Shown: piece after piece, positions 58,303 through 64,000 of the stretch
How the letters are laid out: each line of letters opens with the position of its first letter
Position numbering within the stretch: position 1 is the first letter of the stretch
Assembly: GCA_023920165.1 (NCBI GenBank)
Contig: CP089274.1
Coordinates: forward strand, 5,456,001 to 5,520,000
Direction: 5' to 3'
Length of the DNA: 64,000 bases
From: Curvularia clavata
Taxonomy: Eukaryota
The notes under the pieces: model-generated
Seen by the model: only the letters and a program-made list of their open reading frames with translations
The model's database searches: none
What the model was told of the DNA's origin: nothing
Translations under genes and position numbers: made by a program

Positions 58303-58887
58303 TCATATCCAGCTTTTGGCCTCCTTTGGTTCGTTGTCGAAATTAAAGCGGAATGCAGAAGCCTCAGATACGGAAGGGTAGTGGATAAAAGGCTGTGATC
58401 GACGAGAAGACACTGAGCCACGGTTGAATTCTCCGCTGGGTGATGAAGGAGAGTAGGGAGTTGGTGGTCGATCAGCAAGCGACGAAGCAACACTGGACTT
58501 TCTTCGTGCTCGCTCCGGTTTCCGTATGGAACTCGAGGGCGACTTTATCGAAGCCGCGTCTGTTAATGATGGTGTTCGTGGAGGGAATTCATATGTGCTG
58601 AGCTCCTTCTCGAACATGGATGGGGACCTGGGGGATATGCGGTCTCGCAAGACAGCTTTGTGGGTTGGTCGAATGCCATACTCATCCAGCTGTTGGTTGG
58701 GCTGGCTGGGTCGTCGCCATGATTCGAATTCAGCATCGTCCAGCGGGGTGACGGCTCGTAGTGAGAAACCTCGCATCCTTCTGCGAGATCGGGTCCAGAG
58801 GAAAAGAATGGCAACTGTGAGGGCGGATACGACAAGGGTGCCGGCGACGGCACCGAGGATGATGTAGACTTTGGTTTCCTGCTCCAT
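58303..58887 (-). CDS. Small single-pass membrane protein with Ser/Pro-rich cytoplasmic tail
   Basis: N-terminal TM (YIILGAVAGTLVVSALTVAILFLW) followed by RSRRR; RAVTPLDDAEFESWR; many SP/TP motifs. Confidence 0.75.
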   Translation of the reverse strand: MEQETKVYIILGAVAGTLVVSALTVAILFLWTRSRRRMRGFSLRAVTPLDDAEFESWRRPSQPNQQLDEYGIRPTHKAVLRDRISPRSPSMFEKELSTYEFPPRTPSLTDAASIKSPSSSIRKPERARRKSSVASSLADRPPTPYSPSSPSGEFNRGSVSSRRSQPFIHYPSVSEASAFRFNFDNEPKEAKSWI

Positions 58888-61800
58888 GATGGGCGATTGA
58901 GATGTGGAGAGGAGATGTGGATGGTCAACAGAGGTGTCGTGAAGAAGAAGAAGCCAATGTGAAAGTGTGAAGGAGTGACGTCTATGGGATGATGCTCATG
59001 CTTGCTGCGGTTGACGCGGTTGCAATTGTGGACAGAGGCGGTCGACGAAACGACAGCGGTAGATGAGAGAGTCCACTTCTGTTTGATATGGACCCGGGAG
59101 GGCGATACGGGTAAAGTAGTGCGGGACAAGTGGAAGGGGTAAGCGGGCGGAGACGTAGGTCATGCGTGCCCTCGATCCACCGTACAGTGGCAAACTTGAA
59201 TGGCACGAAGCTAGCGGGACGAAACAAGGCAAGAGGCAGAAGGGCGTTGCTAGCAGTAGTAGTAGCAGCACAGGCAGCGCACCGAGACTGAGGAGTGTTG
59301 CGGGTTATAGCGGCCGGGCTGGCTTGGCTTGAGGCGACATGCAGGTACAAGCAGCGCGGCTAGTGGTGGGCAGCGAAGTTTGTCAGTAGGGCAAAGGGCC
59401 TTGGAAATATCGGTGAGTTGTGCACTAACAGGCCTTGCATGGTGGGCTAATATGGACTTGGTCCCGCCGTCAAGATGGCGCAAGTACCGGGATAGGCAGT
59501 TGGACCGCTGCTGCTGCAAGGGGCGTGCTGCTCCCGTCCAGTGGGTACACTGACAGAGCCATGGAGTGGGCGAGTGTGGCGTCGTCAAGGTCAGCACGAC
59601 GAGGTGCTTTGCCAACGCATGCAATTGTAGCAGCGAATCCAGGGGCAGAGGATGCCTTCAGCCTCGACAACTGACACTCGGGGCTTTGATGGCGTAAGCA
59701 GCAGGCGGCCAACACACGAGTTTGCGAGCATCCAGAGGCCGTCCGCTGGGAGGTGCAGCTACGTGTGTACCTGCGAGTCGTTATTTGGTTCAGCTCCCGT
59801 CTAGAGCACCCGCCCGCATGGTTTGGAAGGGAGGTTTGTGTGTGTGTTGGTGCGTAGGTGTGAGTGTGGATGGGTGTGGATGGGTGGGTAAGAGAGTGGG
59901 GTCGGACGCTTCGCTTAGAAGCAGGCAGCGACGATCCATGGCAACCCTCAGCAGCTCGATGCAGCATCGCTCCCTCGCAGGCACTGGCCAATCCCGTAAC
60001 GGACCTTAGGTGCGTCCCGCGATAGCTTCCTTGGACGGCCCCAGCGTTCTTTGTCTGAGCCGACGAGCGGGGCGGAGCGCATCCAGATTCTGGTCAGAGG
60101 CGTTCGCCCGGGGTGCGCAGAAAGAGAGGGACATGGACATGCAAACCGCACGAGGCGCAGTAGTCGCACGCACAAAGACAACGACGTCCTGGTCCATATC
60201 ACCCGTGGGCTATAGGCTAGTAGCCGAGTGTTCCTGGCCACTACGCTCAATATAGCCCAGGCCCACCGATATGTTCCATGGCACGAACGGTCGCTTGGTC
60301 GTCAGCTATGCCAGGTCATAGATTGCTTAATGATCCTGAAGCTTCCTCCGAGAGCCCCATTTCCTGTACCACCAATAGTACTCGGTATGCTTCACCCGCG
60401 GCCAGATGAAACACGTCAAATCTGCCATTCCTCCTAGCACAATGAGCTCAACGTTGCGTTGCGTTGCGCTGCGCTGCATGCTGCACGATGCAGCAGTATG
60501 GAGCTGGAGCGGCCTGGGGTTGCGACTACTTACTCACTAACGCCATCGCCCACTTGTAGTTCAGAGGGTAGCGCATCGTCTGGACGGCCTAAAGCGACTT
60601 GTCCATCTAGCTAGCTGCATGTGTCCAAAAATCCTCCGAAACTGGCAAACACCTTTCGCTGTGGCCGCTGATTGCATTTGCAGTGGCTGAACTAAAGCCT
60701 CTGCTTACTACCGTTGTAATGTGTGCCCAGGAGCTTCAGGCCCACGGCGGCCACAGACACCTTTCCATTGCCGTGTCTCAAACCCCTCTCAATTTGACCT
60801 ATTACTACACACAACTCATCCAGAGCCATGATGAGCAACGGTCCGACTCGTCACTCTGCCACCATCAGGATCTTCGCACGTCTCTCATAACCGAAATGAA
60901 ACTTCCATTCGCCATAGGCCATAGCTGCATCCTCTCTTCTGCCAGCATACAGCTTGCTGCCTCGCAAACACGCTACCCTTGCCTTCAACGCATCTGGTAA
61001 TAACCAAACCCCCCCAACGAAAACCATAGCTTGCTGTTTTTTTTTCTTTCTTCTCCAACAAAAGCGCAGCCACGGCACATTTGGGTCAGGGGTACCTAGA
61101 CAATGTCGGATTGGTAGACGCGCCTTTGCCGCCATGCCGAGCATGGCCGTATAGTATTACTAGTGAGACGGGCAGTTCGACCATGGCGCTGTCCTTCAGC
61201 CCGCTAACATGTCAATTTTGCACGTGGACATCGATCGCCGCCAATTTAGCTTGCGACGCCCCAGGTTCATTTCTTTACTTCAGGGCGAAGAGATTCTACG
61301 ACTGAAAATTGCGGCAGAATGGCGACTATCTACCTATCGTTTTTGAGATTATGCATGCCTGTGCTGTGCAATTCCGATTTTCTTACTTTTTCCGGTCCCC
61401 TGGCAGCCTGTGGAGAAACACGGGGCTTTTGTCCGAACCATTGGTGGAACAAAAGCAGAAGGTGCCAAGAACTCGGCCTTGCACAGAACCCTGCATCAAC
61501 CATTTCCAGCTCCAGCCAATGACAGCTCCAAACACCTAGGCGTTCCCTCCCCAGCGCCCTAGCTCTACACATACACAACTCCATGACTATCATCGTGACC
61601 TGACTCCTGACCATTGCAGAAAACGTCTTCTCGCCATCTTTATCCTATTCTCGATTAGGCCCCGACACCGACAGGTGCTGTATCCGTCATGACGCATGGA
61701 GATGAGGATAATCAAGCCATCATCTCTCAAATGAGGGGAACGCTTGACGCCAGATGTCCGACTGGCCTCAGTCTCCTCTCCTGCAGACTCTGTTCTCGAA

Positions 61801-64000
61801 AACAAGGCGGCTAAGATTACCATCTTCGTTGGATCAACGTCGGAATACAGGCCATCCGGATCATCTTCTGTATAATCGGAAATACCCATGATAATACAGC
61901 ACCCCAAGCCATGCTCGCTCAACGGCCATACAGGCACCCCGGCCTTTGATCCCTCCCGCTATCGCACCACCATGTTACCGCCCATGTGTCCTTTCAATAG
62001 CGGCGAAAACTTTCCCAGGCCCATGTTGTAAAACGTCATGACACGGAATTTTCGGTAATAACAAATGCAAGGTCTTCTCGATTAGTCGACAATACAGACC
62101 CGCTCGTCGTTCGCATATCATGAACGGTGCGCTTACTTACACGTGCTGTTGTACATGGTCTCCTGATACATCCGTTTCTGCTACAGGTCCGGCAAAGCCC
62201 TGCGCATTGGAACAGTCTGTGAGTCGTCCGAAGTCAGCTCCACTGGTTCCTGAGTCAGAAAATAAATATTCCTTCATTTCCATACATCCTTCTCCTCATG
62301 GCTCTAGCCGCCAAACTTGCTTCATGGATCCGCATATATTTATTCGTGACGCGCACATATATTAGCATCTTTACGACGACTCTTAGAAGGCATCCCGCGC
62401 CGCCACTCTTTTCCGGATGCCTCGTGGGGGGCGACGGCCCGGCGATGCTGCATATGGTATATTGAGCGCTTTTTGCCTTGTGCATACGCGCCCGGCGATG
62501 CTTGCATGGAATGAATGTAGTTGAATGCAACATAGCTTCTATCTGCGGAACAAGAAGCCGTAAGTATGATACAACTAGGTATAATGCCCTTGCTAGTAGA
62601 GTACGCAGCAACCACGATCCCTCTTCACTCCCGCCCATTTAGAATCGGAGGGTGTGCTAACAAGTAGATCAGATCGTGGTGGGTGAGCGGCAGAGTCGAT
62701 GATTCGAGCATTGCGGTTCGTATCTGTACGCCACAATTACGATTTGAATGATTAGACTGCTAGCATGATAGTACCAGCGACACAACTTTCACATGCACAT
62801 CTTTTGACCGTCGCAAACTAGACTCAAATCCAAGTTTGAATTGTACAAGCAGAACACCCATCGGTCAAACTGCTGCCGTTGTCATCATCCTCATCTCGTT
62901 AGCTTGGATGCCGGATTCTCCCAACAGCAGCATACTACTCTTCCCCATCCGGCATCACCATGTATCTTCTCGTTCACATGACTCTGCGTGTTCAGTCTCT
63001 ACAACTATCATCCTCGTATTCAATCTAGTAAAAATAGGCGCGTGTATGCTCAAAAAAAGAATATGCAAAGCATTTGTCATTCTTCAGCCACTGAGGCCAG
63101 CCACTTCCCACGATATTGCTCACACGGGAAGGGTGTTTTAAACTTTCGCGCTATGTTGCGCACCAACGTACAAAATATACCAGCCCATCCCAGGAACCAC
63201 CCGCCCATTGCTTCCCACTCGCCTTCACGACGGGCAGCAGAGAGATCTGATCAACCTCAGAGCCTGGATAATCGCAGTATGGTTACGGGGCTTGCCGCAC
63301 TTTTTATTTGCATCTTCTTCGTCATTCCGATCTCAATGCTTGTCAAGGCTTTTAGACCAAACACCCGTCTCTGTGCACTTGCCGTGTGGGCACGTCTCCA
63401 CGGCTGCACCCGAGCGCCGCAAAGCTGAACACCTGGATCTTCCCTCTTTTTCCGTCTTTCTATCTCTTCATCATTACGACCCTCTTTTTCTTAGACAATA
63501 AATGCGGGGTGAAGAGACGAACGCGAAATACCCGTCGCTACACACTCGTCATAGTGAAACTCTATCGAGCCCCTTTCATTTCTGTCTTTCCCATCCCCAC
63601 AAGATCCGCTGATTAGCGCTTCTCCCAGTGATAAGGAACGTTTGTGGTTTCGTTTGTCCCACACCCACATCTAACCCACACATGTACCTTTTCTTTTTGA
63701 TCCAAACCAAAGAAAAGCCAAAGTGGACGCGCAAACTGACTGAATTGGTTACTTGCGTCGCCTTTGCTTTTTCGTCATCTCTCTTGTCCCTTTCGCTTCT
63801 CCAAGCGAGGTCAAACAAGGTTTACATGCTAGGTAAGAATCGACAGGTTCGATGTCCCGAGCCGCGCACGCATACACAGATACGCAGATTGCCCGATCAC
63901 CAAACTTTCGCACAGCAACTCTGCCGAAGCCCGCACAAAGCCCAGACCCAGTTCGAAGTCGTCTGTAGAGCGAGTGGGGGAAAATTTCCCCCAATCTCCC

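Overview
Gene-dense eukaryotic DNA from a filamentous ascomycete (probably a Dothideomycete/Pleosporales, inferred from gene content, short GT-AG introns with CTRAC branch sites, and protein style). About 27 protein genes can be reconstructed, mostly housekeeping: an NRPS-like A-T-R-R reductase (ATRR/glycine betaine reductase type, 5'-truncated by the window edge), SYF2, ESF2, CWC25, KIN17/RTS2, FAT1, a UBL3-type CAAX ubiquitin-fold protein, UMP1, TMEM19/DUF92, Pol X (POL4/lambda), ATP10, GOS1, RPL35, ERG8, a large mitochondrial PPR protein, VPS25 and an APQ12-like gene. Accessory-looking genes are interspersed: a divergent PTH11-like/P450 pair, an MFS transporter and several intact or decayed F-box genes. 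I see no rRNA, tRNA, CRISPR array or intact transposon. The most notable observations are: (i) a 116-aa, probably myristoylated/palmitoylated microprotein with both an SHP box and a VIM-like motif (candidate membrane Cdc48/p97 adaptor), whose VIM appears only after splicing; (ii) a six-finger C2H2 factor with a 20-Cys segment; (iii) a Cys-rich ectodomain-TM-SH3 receptor-like protein; (iv) a 452-nt structured intron in ERG8; (v) F-box gene birth-and-death. Exon boundaries were read by eye and gene identities come from motif recognition, not database searches.
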